A DNA stretch of 64,000 nt from Neophaeotheca triangularis (GCA_054600435.1 BAAIJX010000037.1:124001-188000), one strand, 5' to 3'; numbered from the stretch's first letter, positions 44,191 to 58,527 are shown. Translations and numbers: made by a program. Notes: generated from the sequence alone by a model not told the origin.

Positions 44191-44389
44191 TAGCGACTAT
44201 CCGCTCGATTGCGATGCTGAGAGCGATGAACTACCAACAGTCTGATTGAATTTTTTATCTTGAAAAACTACTTTCGCGACTGAGTGCCTCTGAGTCCCTC
44301 ATAATCTCGAATGAGAGCTGCCGAAGAGTGCTCAGGTGGAAGCAATGTGCCCGTGACTATCTCTAGTACTACCTTTCCGGACCGTTTCT

Positions 44390-45734
44390 TCACTGCACCA
44401 ACGCCACCCTTGCTTCGATCTTACCATCTTCCAGGTCTCTCAAAACATCCGGCAAATCTTGCAATCGCCTCTCCTCGACGTGAGGTTTAATGCTGCCCGC
44501 CCCGATCAATTCGAGCACGTGTCGCAAGTCTCTCACCTGCCCTCCGTACGAGAAGATGTAGCTCAGACGCTTCCTGGTCCCAACCTTCATCTGGAGTGTA
44601 TTTGTCGGATCTAGACTGCCAATGCAAAGAATCTTCCCTCCGCGGCGAACTGTTGTTCTGCGGTCAGACGAATACTAGACTTAAACTAATATCTACGCCG
44701 ACTCACCAATGTGCTGCCCATCGTCAAAAGTTTGGTGCTTGCCCACAAAGTCCAGTACCGTATCTATGCGGTTTTCGAGACCTTTGTCGATGACATATTG
44801 CTGTGGTGTGGTCGACAAAGGAACAATGTCTGCGGAGGGAACCCCCAGCTCTATGGCGCGGTCTAAGCAAACTTGTCGATTATCGGAAACGATCACTCTG
44901 GCTCCAATCTGTAGCACGACTTGGAGAGCGTTCATACCCAGTCCCCCCAAACCGAAGAGAAAAACCGTCTCATGGGGCTTGACTTCGGCTCGTCGGTGGA
45001 TACCGTGGTAGGCAGTCGTCACTGCATCTGTGGCTACGGCTGCTTGCGCTGGCGAGACTCCTGGCTAGAATGTCAGCAGTGCAGAATTTTGGCTTTAAGG
45101 GGAGGTTTCATCAAGGACTTGCCTTGAGGAACCTTCACGGCACCCCTTATGTCTAGAGTGGCGTATGGTGCGTAGAAGCCATTTTGGCCAATACCAGAAT
45201 GATGGCCCGTCTCACAGATTTGTGCTAAATCCCTGCTGCATTCCGTGCAGTCCCCACCCTGGCAACCGGGGACTGCATGCAAAGCCACGATGTCGCCCTT
45301 TCGAGACCATGTCAGGATTTTTGCTCGACAGCTCGGTGACAGGACCGCTAACCATCTGAAGATCAGTCTCTCCAACGTCGTCTCCGAGCTGAATAATCCG
45401 GCCACAGCCCTCGTGGCCCTAGAGATTTCGACGGAGGTCAGATAGTGCGGTGGAGTCTGCAGGCATAACTGTGCTCACAAGAATATATTTTTCTTCAAAC
45501 CAACTGGCTTGCTTGTCATTCCCCAGCAGTGAAATGTCGCTACGGCACACTATGAGACTGTCAACTGAGAGTTCCAGAATCGACGCGAGGGATCAGAGAA
45601 CCTCCGGACGCTATCATCTTGACTAGGATTTCTTTGGCTCCTGGTTTAGGCACTGGGACCTCTTCCCAGTGAGGCTGTGAGCTGCCTCTGTGTTTTCGCC
45701 ATGCGAACATTGTCTTGGGGGTTTTTTGGGCCAT
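44390..45734 (-). CDS. Zinc-dependent (MDR) alcohol dehydrogenase, multi-exon
   Basis: Reconstructed MAQKTPKTMFAWRKH...EEVPVPKPGAKEILVK, CRSD, GHEGCG, structural-Zn GCQGGDCTECSRDLAQIC and GLGGLG. Confidence 0.9.
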
Positions 45735-46063
45735 GATCGATACGCTTGAATCGCTTATTTGTCGTAGTGATGGGATTTTGCAGTTGATCGGAACAGTCTT
45801 CTCGAACCATGCACCCGTTAATCGATGGTCACGAAACTACAGGCGGCAGTATGTTCGCCGGTACATTCTGTACCATCTTAACCGAATGCTCGGTGCATCA
45901 AGCTCCAATGTTACCGAAACCATTGCCGAAGCCCTTATTACCGGCAACATTGCAAGGTCAATCAATGCCTAAGGGACACTGCCAGAGCTGTCTACACGCC
46001 GATAAAGATCAGTGATGGTAATGCATATACATTCATCGCAAGAGGCGACGTTTTTCAACGACA

Positions 46064-48083
46064 ATGGTCTTCAAATCGCCCGAATGGGTACCGTCGTTAC
46101 CCTTCAGTATGTTGGCATACCGCCATCCTTGACCGCGAGCATTGTTGCTGATCTCAGATACAGGCCCACCGGACTCTCTGCCTATCCATGAGTTCATGCA
46201 ACGTGAGGATTTGCGACCCGTGCATGTAGCCAAAAGACAGAACCCGTTTACCTGTGGCGTAACCGGGAAGACGTACCCGCATCATGAGCTATACTCAAGA
46301 GCCGAGAGCCTCGCTCGATCACTGGCAAAGGCCCATCAATGGAGCCCTACGACGCAAACACCCTGGGACAAAGTCGTATGCATCTACTCGTTGAATACTG
46401 TTCGTTGCTAGTTCCTCTCTCTTCAGCCTCGATCCGACCTGACACCCTTTAGATCGACTACATGACCGCAGCCTACGCTGTGCATCGTTTGTCCGGCATC
46501 GTAACACCCGCAAATGCAGTCTACACGGCGGATGAGCTGGCCCATCAACTCAAGTCTTCTGGAGCAAAAGCAATGTTCACTTGCGCTTCTCTTCTTGGGA
46601 CGGCTACCGAAGCGGCGACCAAGGCAGGCATCGACCGGGACCAGATCTATTTGTTCTCTGTGCCTGGGGAGCCAAAAATTTTCCAGCCTTCTCACAAGAC
46701 TCTGGAGGAGCTTATTGATCGAGGTTCCCCCCTCGCCCCCCTTCCGGACCTGCGATTTGGAAAGGGACAAGGTGCCGAGCAAACGGCTTTCCTCTGCTAC
46801 TCGAGCGGGACCTCGGGCCAACCAGTAGGAGCTTCCTTGCCGGTCTGAAGCCGCTCGCCCAAATGCTGATATCTTCTCCCACGCAGAAAGCGGTGATGAT
46901 TTCCCACTATAACGTCATCGCCAATATCCTGCAGACATGTGCGTATGAGTCTGTTGGCCGTGCGGCAAAAGGCGTTAGCTCGCAAACCCTGCTCGCCCCT
47001 TTGCCAATGAGCCACATCTACTCGCTTGTTGTAGCCGCGCATGTGGCGGTCTGGCGAGGCGATGGGTACGTGGTACTGCCGAAGTATGAGTTTGAGGCGT
47101 TTTTGAAAGCGATTCAGAGGTTCAAGGTGGAGCAGATCCTGGTTGTGAGTCTCACTTAAGAGAGGGGACTAGGCTTTTGGGATACTAATAGTCATTTCAG
47201 GTGCCTCCCATCCTGCTACAGATGATCCGGTTCAGCGCTGTCTGTAAGGAACACGATCTCAGCAGCGTCCGGTTTCTTTTCAGCGGGGCGGCGCCCCTTG
47301 GGCGTGAGCCGATCGAGCAGATCAAGGCGCTCTACCCGAAATGGGAGATTGCGCAAGCCTACGGTATGGAAGTAGCAAGGTCCGAAGAAGCCGTGGTAAG
47401 CTGACTGAGATGTAGGCATGACTGAAACGGCAGTGTGTGTATCTGTCCCCAGCGAGCACGACATAGTACCCCAAGCGGCCGGTTCGTTGCTGCCTGGCAT
47501 TTCTGTCAAGCTCATCAATGACGCGGGCGAAGAAATCACCGAGCGTGATAGCCCGGGCGAGATCTTTGTCAAGTCTCCCTCGGTAGTTTTGGGTTACCTC
47601 AACAACCCAGAAGCCAACAAGTCTACTTTCATCGAAGACAAAGACGGTCGGTGGATGCGGACTGGCGATGTTGGCGTTCTCAGCAGATTCGCCTCGGGAA
47701 ATGAGCAGCTTGTGATCGTGGATAGGATCAAAGAATTGATCAAAGTCATGGGCCATCAAGTGGCACCTGCAGAGCTGGAAGCCCATCTACTAGCGCATCC
47801 CAGCGTGGCTGATTGTGCTGTTATAGCCATTCCCGACGAGAAGGCCGGAGAGTCTCCGAGGGCCTACGTTGTTCGGTCGTCCGCCGCGGAAAATCAATCG
47901 GACGAAGCGCTTGAGAGCGAGTTGAAGAAATGGGTGACTGACCAGAAAGCGCCCTATAAAGGCTTGCGAGGGGGAGTGCAGTTCGTTGAGGTTGTTCCGA
48001 AGAGCCCAACTGGTAAGATTTTGCGACGAGAGTTGAGAGACCGGGAAGCAAAGAAGAGTAGATTAACAGCAGCCAAGCTGTGA
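46064..48083 (+). CDS. Acyl/aryl-CoA ligase (4-coumarate/phenylacetate-CoA ligase-like) with PTS1 (-AKL), multi-exon
   Basis: YSSGTSGQPK, LPMSHIY, SGAAPL, QAYGMTE, TGD, DRIKELIK, APAELE and PKSPTGKILRR. C-terminal AKL. Confidence 0.93.
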
Positions 48084-48111
48084 ACGACACTCATTCGGCT
48101 TCAAACAGAAT

Positions 48112-49305
48112 CTATACAGCCTGCGAAGAGTTCCAGTTGACTTCCAAGTCCCTCACGAAACGCCACTTCAGATCCTTTCCCCATCCCTTCTTCTGCCAAT
48201 CGTTGATGCTTTCAGGGAAATGCGGCACTCCATCTCGAACCGTGGAGTCATGCGCGATGATAACAAAGACGTCGTCGCGACAGTCGAGTTCTTGGAGCTT
48301 GCCCTTGGTGGCGTTTGCAAGGGGTATGTCACCGCCGAAAGTCATATCGTAAAGCGAATCGTCCGTCTTTCGTCCCCGAGACTTCTGGAGTTCTTCCCAC
48401 CAGTGTCCGGGACAGAAACCTTGCTGATTCGATGGATTGAAAGGATGTGGAGAGATACTCGGAGGCATCGGAAGGTGCTCGGATGGTCTGAAGATTCCGG
48501 CATAGTGGCAGATGTCGCCACCGAGCAGCACGAATGTGGAGGGATCGCTCGTGGTTCTCGCAAGGCCGCACAGATGGCCTACGGCATGCCCTGGGCTGTC
48601 TAAGAGATAGAAGCTTCCATCTCCGAAGTAGTCAAATGCTTTGAAACGACCAATCTGCAAGCTCTGGGTGTTGTCGAAGTCAATCTCTCGTAATTCACGT
48701 CCTCTACCGATACTTGGTCAGATTGAACGTCCCGTAGACGATGCGGGCAGAGGAGACCTACTCATAGTCCGCCGCCAATATGGGAGACTTTGGATTCACA
48801 GGTGCTCCCGGAAGCATTGCTTCTTTGAACCCAGGTCCTACTATCAAAGATGTGGTCTTCGGAAAGCTGGAAGGGTCTCCAATGTGGTCCCAGTGCCAGT
48901 GACTAACAGTGGATTAGACCAAGAGTTTCAATGGTCGCGGCACTCGGCTTACCTCCAAATCACCGCCTCAATGTCATTGAGGTTAACATCTCCATCCTCT
49001 AGAATATCGGCGACGTTTTTCTGGATTTGGATGTCATAGCCGGTTGTTGGTAGGTAGCTGGCAATCGATGGAGCGTAGTTCTCATGGTCCTTCCGAATGC
49101 CCAAGTCCCACACCAGTTTGCGCCCGCTATTGTGCTCAAGCAGGAAGCAAAGCGAAGGTGAGGTCGGGAAGATCTCCAAATGATCGACCGAAGGTGCCAT
49201 GAAACGATGCAAGCGAGCCGGGCCAAAATTAACGGGATTGATGACCTTCACATCAACAGTACTGGCGCTCTCCGGAAGGTTGACGACAGGCTGTGAAGAC
49301 TGCAT
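48112..49305 (-). CDS. Metallo-beta-lactamase-fold hydrolase (lactonase/lactamase type), 3 exons
   Basis: LVWDLG, HWHWDHIGD (HxHxDH) in the middle exon, DYFGDGSFYLLDSPGHAVGH, GGD and IIAHD. Confidence 0.92.
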
Positions 49306-49821
49306 GATTATGATTATGGTTGTGATGGCTGCACTCAAGCAAGATGGGCGTCACGGGAATTAGCTACGATACCTTATTCAGAGACGCAATCGATGCTCTA
49401 GCTACCAGGCCCAAGCAATCGCATCGAGACCATCAGTCGGCATTCATTGCCTGGATTCTTTTCCGAAGAGGTAGGCGGATACGTCGGCTTTTGAGCGGTA
49501 ACTTCAACCGGTAAACCACTGGGGAAACCGACAATACTACCGCGTGCCGGTATGTATGCCATACTACCGATACGGCTGTGCTACTTGGGTGTCTAACCGA
49601 GACAGATGTAGCCGCATACTACCCCAGATCTGACTCCACAGCTCTCCACGTGGGTCCCATGGCCGCCCCGACGGTAACCTTCGGGTTGAATCCACTACTT
49701 TTATAGATTTAGATGCCCGAAAGATCTGCGCCTGTTCGTTCGAATTCAATACTCCTATCTGAACCTCCCTTGATCAAATCATTCACCCCCGACCCGAGGA
49801 CTTGCAGTTGGAACTGCAACC

Positions 49822-51581
49822 ATGGACGAGCAAAAGAAGACTGTCGATGTCGAAATGACAGAGCAAGCTCAAGAGAGTAGTCTTAAGGAGGCCGCAGTGA
49901 AGCCTCCCGTTGACGTTGTTCACCAAGATGAGGCTCTCAAAGTTCTCGACACATATGAAGGCGACAAAGAATGGGACGAGAGGGAGGAAGACAAGCTACG
50001 GCGGAGGCTTGACTGGAAGCTCATGCCGGTTCTCTGTATGACTTACGGGACCCAATATTACGACAAGGCAATGTTGTCCCAAGCGGTAAGAAGCGTTCAA
50101 CCCACGCCAATCCGACGGATCTGAGACTGATACGTTGGCTTCGATAGGCATTGTTTGGTATCAGGGAGGATCTTGGTCTCCTCACTGGCAACCGTTACTC
50201 AATGACCGCCGCAATCTTTTACCTTGGATTCATCTGCGGTGCCTATCCTACCATGATAGCCGCGCAACGATTTCCCGTCGAACGTGTAGCGTGCTTCATC
50301 CTAGTAACATGGGGTATATGCCTGGTCCTTACCACTGTTTGCTCGGATTACCGAACTATCTACGTCAATCGCTTCTTTCTTGGGTTCCTGGAAAGTGGAA
50401 TCAGCCCAATGTTTATGCTTATCGTCGGGTCCTTCTACAAGAAAAACGAGCAAGCCATGCGCATGGGAATCTGGTACTCCTGTACGGGATATGTCTCTTG
50501 TGTCTCGCCCTTGATCAACTTTGGTTTCGGATCGATCTCCGGGAGTTCGACCTGGAAGTACATGTATTTCTTCTCTGGTGCGACAACCATTGCTTGGGGT
50601 ATCATACTCTATTTCGTGCTTCCACCGGATCCCATCAGGGCCAAAGGTTTTAACGAGCGTGAACGTTACATCTTGGTAGCTCGTCTGCGGAGCAACAACT
50701 CTGGTGTCCGGAACATGCACTACAAGGGTAGTCAAGTGCTGGAGCTCTTGCTAGATGTCAAGTTTTGGCTGGTCTTCGCCATTGCCTTCCTCTCGATGAT
50801 TGCAAACGTGAGTAGACGTCCTTGTTGGTTAACCTAAAAGAGCTGTCATTGACAAGAACACAGGCACCGATCTCTACCTTCACGCCAATCATCATCAGTG
50901 GCTTCGGCTTCAGCGGCCTGAACTCTCTCCTCCTGACCATCCCCATCGGCGCCTACGCCGGGACGATGATGCTCATCCTTCCTTATGTCGCGTACAAGTT
51001 CAAGAACATCCGCGCTTGGCTCCATATAGGCGCGCAGACGCTTACAGTCATCGCGGCCTTGTTGCTCTGGACTGTGCCGTTGGAGCAGACAGGCGCTTTG
51101 TTGTTCGCTGTCATCCTCCTACCCTCAATCGGCGCTGGTTACGCCGTGCTAATGGGCCAGTGCCTCGCAAACACGGCCGGATACACAAAGAGGTCCTTAT
51201 TTTCGTCAGAACTGTACATTGGCTACTGTCTCGGTAGGTCGTAGAGGGAAAAGTTACGACGTGGACCATTGGACTGATAATTCCTCCCAGGCAACTTCGT
51301 GGGCCCTCTATGCTTCAAACCTGAAGATGCGCCGCGCTATGCTCCAGGGTTCATTGTCGTCGTCGTTACTTCAATCGTCGCAGCGGTACTCATGCTTGTT
51401 TACCGGTACCTCTGTGTTTGGCAAAACCACAAGAGGGATAAAGCGGGCATTCTAGAAGGCTACGAAAACGCGTTTGAGGACGACCTGACGGACAAATCAG
51501 TGAGTATTCTGTCAAAAGTACTCGCAAGCAGTGCCGAAAGCTGACACGAGACAGAATCCTCAGTTCCGGTACATTCTGTAA
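49822..51581 (+). CDS. MFS transporter, anion:cation symporter (Dal5/allantoate permease) family, multi-exon
   Basis: RRLDWKLMP, YYDK, RFFLGFLES, YKKNEQAMR, NTAGYTKR, GPLCFKPEDAPRY and DLTDK...NPQFRYIL. Confidence 0.92.
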
Positions 51582-51841
51582 TGATGGAAGAAGCGAACAT
51601 TGTAGGGATGGGGGCGGAAAGGGTGGGTAAGGTATTCGTCTATTTCGCCCGAAAGAGGCAATGGTTGCCGACGCGGGGATCAGCTTGCCCTGCCTTACCC
51701 TCGGCAAAGATACGAGTCCCGCCCGTCTACAGTTCTATGTAGTTTATTTCGTAGTCCAGCTTGAAGAAGCCGTCGAATCGTTACCGTTACCGACTCCCCC
51801 TGATCTGATGTCTTCTCTGTTCAACTTTTTGCCGAAGCGAC

Positions 51842-54031
51842 ATGGCCGAAACAGAGTCCACAGATGCCAACACTTTCATTCAGTTCGCCCACGAACCGCT
51901 AAAACGGAAGCGTGCCGAAGCTGTCTGTATCCCATGCCATTCCAAGAAAATCAAGTGCGACATCACCAGGCGATCGCAGAATGAGCACGACAGATGTTCC
52001 AACTGTGAGACCAACGATCGGCATTGCCAACTGCGTCCCTCGCAACGAGGGAAACGTAAGAATACCGCATCTAGTGGCACCTCGCGCCCTTCAGAAAGTA
52101 CCAGATCTCATGATGGACGCACAGAGGCTGTCGAGGCCGAACACACGAACTACGACAGCACACAGACCAATGTCACCGGACAGACTACCGTCGACGACGC
52201 CACAGATACTTTCAACCTTACACCTGTGACTCACGATACGTCGAGAATTGACTTTCAACCGCAAGACAGCTCGACGCAGAATGTGGACCCCAGTCTAGGT
52301 TCTGTAGAGAACCTCACGGGCATTGCCACAGGACGTAGCCATGGTCAGGATGTCGATGCGGGCTACCTGCATGTGTACGGACCAGAGAACCAATTCGATG
52401 CCGACATGCAAGAACTGCGGGCCTACCTCTCTCCTGGTCGCGAGTCTTCCGATAACCAGCCGCTGGACTTTAGTCTCCAGTCCACGTTCCTCGAGACTTA
52501 CTGGGAATACTGCTACTGCTTCTGTCCCGTGCTTGACCGGGCGACGGTGGTGGGCGAGATGGCCCGATCAGCACTTCTCACAAACGCGGTCGCGCTTGCA
52601 GCGAGCCATGTGCAGCCGCCCCTCCTAACACATGAAGGACCTGAAAAGTACTATGACCGAGCTCGGAGAATATTCTACGAGGATGGCGAAACCAGTGCTC
52701 TGACCGCTCTAAAGGCATTGTCTCTATTCTACTGGTGGGCTCCTAGAGCCCCGACGACTATCCATCGACATACGTCTTGGTGGTGGCAGTCTGTGATTAT
52801 ACGACATGCACAACAGATGGGCATGCATCGAGAGCCGCCACCTGATAGCCCTTTGCGAGCTAAGCTTGATTTATCCATGCGGCGCAGGATTTGGTGGACA
52901 GCATTTGTACGAGGCGCTTCTATCTATCGCGTTAATTGCCACTAACTCTGCTCCTACAGGCACGTGAACGTTTAACAGCCTTGTGTCAGAGCCAGCCGTG
53001 CATAATTGATCCAGACGATTGTACCATATCAGAACCTCAGCCCTCCGACTTTCCGAATGATCCCGAGTCACGGAAGAAGGGTTTGGTATTCATCCACTGG
53101 GTCCGGCTTTGCGGTATCCTCGGCCGGGTATGTATTCGCTCCGCAATCAGGCAAGACGCAAGCTAAAATAATGAAGATGGCGAAAGGCTTCTGTAAAGGG
53201 GTTGAGTCCGACATGTGTACACTGTTACCAAAAGCTCACCGCGACCTGGCAAATTGGGTGCAGTCTTTACCACCAGAGCTTCAACTCCGTCTCGATCACA
53301 GCAGTACTGCAAGTTTTGATCGCGACGTCCATCAGCTCCATTTGCCATATCTGACAGCGGTCATAATCTTGCATCTAAAGCGATCGGCTCACGACTTACC
53401 GCAAGCTTTGCCACCAGCCATTCTCGCTGCTTCTTGCACAGCACGACTACTCCGAGATATTCTCGCTCGTGGGAATACTCGCTTTTTAATGGCCATCACC
53501 TGCTGGTACTGCGGAACGGCCTTCATCGCGCTATTGCAAGGCTCACGGATCCCGCAATTCGCCACAGACGCCGAAGACGGTATAAACGTCCTCACCACTC
53601 TTGTCGAGCAGCTCCAGAAAATGTGGCCTTCCGCCAACGTCATTCGTCAAGGCTTCGATCGCTTGAGAAGAGATACCCCAGCCGGAGCTATCAACGCCAA
53701 CCAGCTAGGACTCGTGGTTCCCAGTCACCTTCCCCCCCTGTCAGAGGGACCGGCAAGGACAAATGTCGAGACTGATGCTACCTCGGCTTCGCTCTCACAG
53801 CATGACTCCAATTGGACAGAGCTGCTACCTTTTGTCACTCGCTCGACCAACAGTATTGCCGAGTGTCTGATCGACAGTCTTCAGCAGGGAAACGTGACGA
53901 GGGGAATGCCGTCGCCCGCGAATGTTTCTTTTTACGAGAATGTCATGCACGAGTACGATGATTTTTTGGCGCCTTTTGTTTTGGACCAGGATTTGTTCGA
54001 TACGCCTGGCTTGTCTGGGTACCCGTTGTAA
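51842..54031 (+). CDS. Zn2Cys6 transcription factor with fungal-specific TF (middle homology) domain, 2 introns
   Basis: CIPCHSKKIKCD...CSNCETNDRHC, CPVLD, AQQMGMHR and RRRIWW. Confidence 0.93.
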
Positions 54032-54951
54032 CGTGGGCGAGAAATGAGTATAATGATTAGCGTATGTGTAGTTCTCCGCCTTCAGAATACTTTCTCAAAG
54101 TTGAAAGTAAGCTGGAGAACAAGTTCAAGTATGCGTGTGCAAGTGAATGAATCGCGTATAGATTTGAATCTAAGAGCGAGATAAAGAGTAATCTAGTAGT
54201 CTACATGGGTGCATCGAAAAGGGAACCAAAGAGTACACAAGGGGGAATTTCGAAATGAGGGACCACTAGGTCTATAGGTGGCAGCGCGACACATGACAAA
54301 CTCAGCGACACCGCCGACAACGAGACCGGCTAGAACTACTAGCTGTCTCAAGGGCTGAGCAAGAAGGAGCAAGCAGCACCGATATTTTCCGGGTACATGT
54401 GCTTTGGACACTCGGCGACCTTGACGTCCTGGGTGAGGATGTATGAGCACTCGAGAGCGGACGGACATCTGAAGTACGGGAGAAGTATATCTTGAAGACT
54501 TTCCGGGCAGAGTGTCTCCGATACTAGGTCTCATGCTCTTCTCCTATAGACAATCAGAGATAGCGTCCTCCTTTTCTTCGCTTCGGGCTTGGCGACGAAC
54601 ATTGTTTCCTTCCTGCTGCTGAATGCCGTCAACTAGATCCTCGACCGAATCGTGCCTTCTGTAGTTTCCCCTTCCTCCAGAACTCCTATGGCTATACCGG
54701 GCGAAGGAGTGAGATGAGCGCGGTGTAATCCTCGATGCTACTAATCAACGGTACGTTTACTCTGAACCGCGCTTCCGCCTTACGATGCTTAGGACTGCTG
54801 CGGGATCCTAGTGTCGACTTCTACAGCAGTATTCCTTCTGAAAGCGTTCAAACCAGCCGGGGAAACATCAACTTCAAGAAGAGATAGTGCATTTATTTAT
54901 CGCTATCACGCAAGCAAAAGTCTTAAAAGCACGACAAGAACAACCGTCTAC

Positions 54952-56989
54952 CTAGGCGGTGATAGCTTCCACCCCGTACGGGGGCGGGATAGACTCCCTC
55001 GGACGATCACCCAGAGTCTCCGCCTTCTCCACATACCAAGAAAGATCGCTTTCGGGATTCTGCTCGAACTCTGTGAACCCATTGCCCAGGAACCTAAAAG
55101 GGTTGCTAGTTCGGTACTCGATCTCGAAGTCCTCGGCGCGAATATCGTTGAGCAGACGGTTGAAAAGGTGTGCGCTACCTCCGAAGAGAGCGGTGATCCT
55201 GCCATCAACACGGCCGCGCTTGTACCAGCTTTTGCAGCCGCCGCTCCAGACGAGGGTTTTGTGTACTTGGTCCGTGTAGCGGGTGAAGGCTCGTACTTTC
55301 TCGGCCTTGGGGTGCACGTACTTGATGTCCTCGGTGGCTAGCTTGTAGATCCACTTGGCGAAGTAGTCGCCTGTCCAATTGAGAGACTCGACCAGTGAGC
55401 CGTGTCCGCCTAGGCAGTTGGGACCCATCATCATGAAGAAGTTCGGCATGTCTGGGACGGCGACTGAGACGTAGGATTCGGGATCGTTGACCCAGCGCTC
55501 ACGCAGGTCGATGCTGTTGAGACCTTTGATGGGGAATCGTGGGCGGTGCGAGACGTCGAAGCCAGTGGCGCAGATGACTTGGTGTTTGGTTAGTTACAGA
55601 GAAATACCGCCAGTGGGGAATTTAGTAGAAACTTACCAACATCACACTCGAAGGTCTCGCCGTCCGCGGTGTGTATGGCATTGTCAGAGACTTGAGTGGT
55701 AGGGCTATCAGTCAAGGAGCAGTTCGGTTCAAGGAACGATTCGAGATAGCCAGGTCCGGGAGTAATGCGACGGCAACCTAGCTCCCATTTCGGGATCAAC
55801 TTCTCGCAGAGCACCGGGTCGTGTTTTAATTTTTCGGCCATCTGATTGGCGGCCACCTTCATCCCCTCAGCATTGTTCTTGCCTTTCATGAAGATCTGGA
55901 AAGACTTGTTCGTCTTGGAAACGATCTGCTTGCGGTGGGCTAAGTGGTAAGCTGGGTCGCGGAAACGCTTCTTGTCCTCGTCCGTGTAGGCAGGGTTGGG
56001 ATCGGGGTCGTCTCTGCCAAGGTGCGTTGCTGGAGGTGCACGATAATAGACCCAAGCTGGTCCTCGAACAAAGTTCCTGACTTGGGTCCCTGGAAGCTTA
56101 ACCATTTGAGGGACAATCTGGATGCCAGAAGATCCGTTACCGATGACGGCGATTTTCTTGTTAGAGTAATCGTAATCGTGATCCCATGCGGCGCTGTGCA
56201 CGATTTTGCCTTTGAAGTCTTGGAGCCCTGGAATCTTTGGCCATGCTTCGTGTCTACGCCTCGTCAGTGAAAACACTCCTTGAAGGCTCACCGGGGAAGA
56301 CACACACAAGCACACCTTGTGCGGAGATCAGTACATCACAGTACTCTACACGCTGCTGCCCTTGGTTCTCAACGACCACTTCCCATTCCCCGGCTTCTTC
56401 TTGCCACTCGGCGCTGATGACTTTGGTGTTGAGTTGAAGATCCCGGTCCAAGTTCCACTTCTTCATGGTTCGTTTGATGTAGGCCAGAATCTCAGGGCCG
56501 CTGGCATAAAATCTGGGCCAGTCGGGGTTGGGATCAAATGGGAATGCCTGGATGCTTCAGTAATGATCCATTCTAGAGGTCTAAGGCATTACTTACGTAG
56601 ATGTGTGCGGGTACGTCGCATTGAACGCCGGGATAGTGATTTGCCATCCATGTTCCGCCAACATCGCTACGGGACTCGAAAATGGTATGCTCGACAATTT
56701 CTCGCAATGCGGGAAAGCGGTGTTGGATCTTGTGTGCCATGATGAGGCCGGAGAAACCGGCACCAATGGTAAAAACCCGGATCTTGCGAGGCTGGTAAGC
56801 GGGCAGTGAGCTCAATTCGAACGGGTCCTCCAGATAGTCGCCGTTCGTCACCTGGTGGTTGCCGTTCATCGCCACCGCATCGCATTCTGCTGTAGGAACC
56901 TCAGGGACCTCGGCGGTGGGGAGAGACGGTCCATCGTACACGATGGACGGTCTGGTGTCGAGGCTGGGGTGATCTGTGAAGGCTGTCAT
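54952..56989 (-). CDS. Baeyer-Villiger-type flavin monooxygenase (BVMO-1), 4 exons
   Basis: IGAGFSG, GGTWMANHYPG, BVMO fingerprint FKGKIVHSAAWD, IGNGSSG, GCRR, ATGFD and PNFF. Confidence 0.93.
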
Positions 56990-57414
56990 GATCCTGGATC
57001 GATCCTGTGGCTACTGACTAAAGATGGTTGACTCGAGCGTAGCTGCAAAAACACACTTACCGCAAGAACTTTAAGATGAAGCCCGATCGTCAGGACATTT
57101 GAATAAGTTCTACCACCGTGACATTGGCACGATGCCGAGTCCTAGAAGGGCCTACCATCGTGGACCATACGACGGCAGTCGGCAGAGGGGCAACTGCAAG
57201 TGCGGTCAGGGAAGCTGTGGCGTGAGGAGTTTGGCTTCGGCTAATGCCAAAAGAAGCATTGCCGGGGGCTCCGTGTTTCGGCAATACTCAGTGATATTGT
57301 CATTGTTTGCCGAGGGTTCTGGAGTAAGCGTAGGTATGCAGTCCTTTGTAGCGCCGTCGCAGTATGGACGAGTTGGCGTGTACTAGGTACGGTACTGGCT
57401 GAGCCTGAGCAGCT

Positions 57415-58527
57415 ATGAGCGATTTCTCAGCATACAATGGAGCCAGCGACGAATGGCTGGCCATTCAAGCAACACTCCCAGATCCAGTTGATCCATCGAC
57501 CGAGGATGAGCTCAAAGCGCTCCGCGACGCAACAAACAAGACGCGGGAAGAGACAGCTGCCAAAGGGCTAGCAATCTTTGCCTCTAGACTCGAGCTCGAG
57601 AACCATTCAATCCCAACTCATGACGGACAAGCGCTCTCCGCTCGTTTCTACAGGCCTACCGCAGCAACAGCTTTCACCGGACCGCGGCCTACATATGTCC
57701 ATCTTCATGGCGGCGGCTTTTTGTTCGGAAGTCTGAGCTCAGAAGATGCTACCTGCGCACGCATCGCTACGGAGGCTAATGTCGACGTGTTGAACGTAAG
57801 CTACAGACACACTCCAGAGTACCGCTATCCAACCGCCTGGGATGACGTTGAAGATGCTCTGGCATGGCTTGCTGTTATTTTCGAGAAGTACGACGTCCCC
57901 AATCGACAAGTGATCCTTGGAGGCACCTCCGCTGGAGCATGGCTATCTGCCTCCCAGCTTGTCCGGGAAGGGCGCCCGAGTGGTCTCGAGATCCTGGGAC
58001 AAGTGCTTATGATCCCATGCCTCGCATTCCCCGGTTGCAATGGGCCACAGAAAGCGAAGCTCAAAGACTTGAATTCCAGCTCCTATGTGAAGAATTTCGA
58101 TGCTCCGATCCTTCCATCAAAACGGGTGAAGCTTTTCTCGAGGCTCATGGGGGTAGTTCATCCTGATGAAGACGATCTTCGCCTCAACCCGGGAAACGCA
58201 AGCCAAGAAGCTGTGAAGCATTTGCCACCAACGGTTGTAGGTGTGGCTGGTCTCGACATGCTACGTGATGAAGGTCTGCTTTTCGCAAAGATGTTGCACG
58301 ACGCTGGGTAAGCTTGCGGCTCTTTTAGTAGAATAGAATACCCGCAGCTAACACTTCATCGTAGTGTGCCGACAAATGTAAACGTCTTCAAAGGCGTGCC
58401 CCATGGCTTCAGAAGATTTGGCGAGAAGCTCTCGGAAAGCGCACACTGGGACCGCGTGTTGATAGAAGGCATCCAATGGATCCGATCATCACCATCGCTG
58501 GAAATGGACTTTGTGATACACTCATAG
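57415..58527 (+). CDS. Hormone-sensitive-lipase family esterase/lactone hydrolase, 2 exons
   Basis: HLHGGGF, YRHTPEYRYP, GTSAG (GxSxG), GLDMLRDEG and PHGF in exon 2. Confidence 0.92.
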
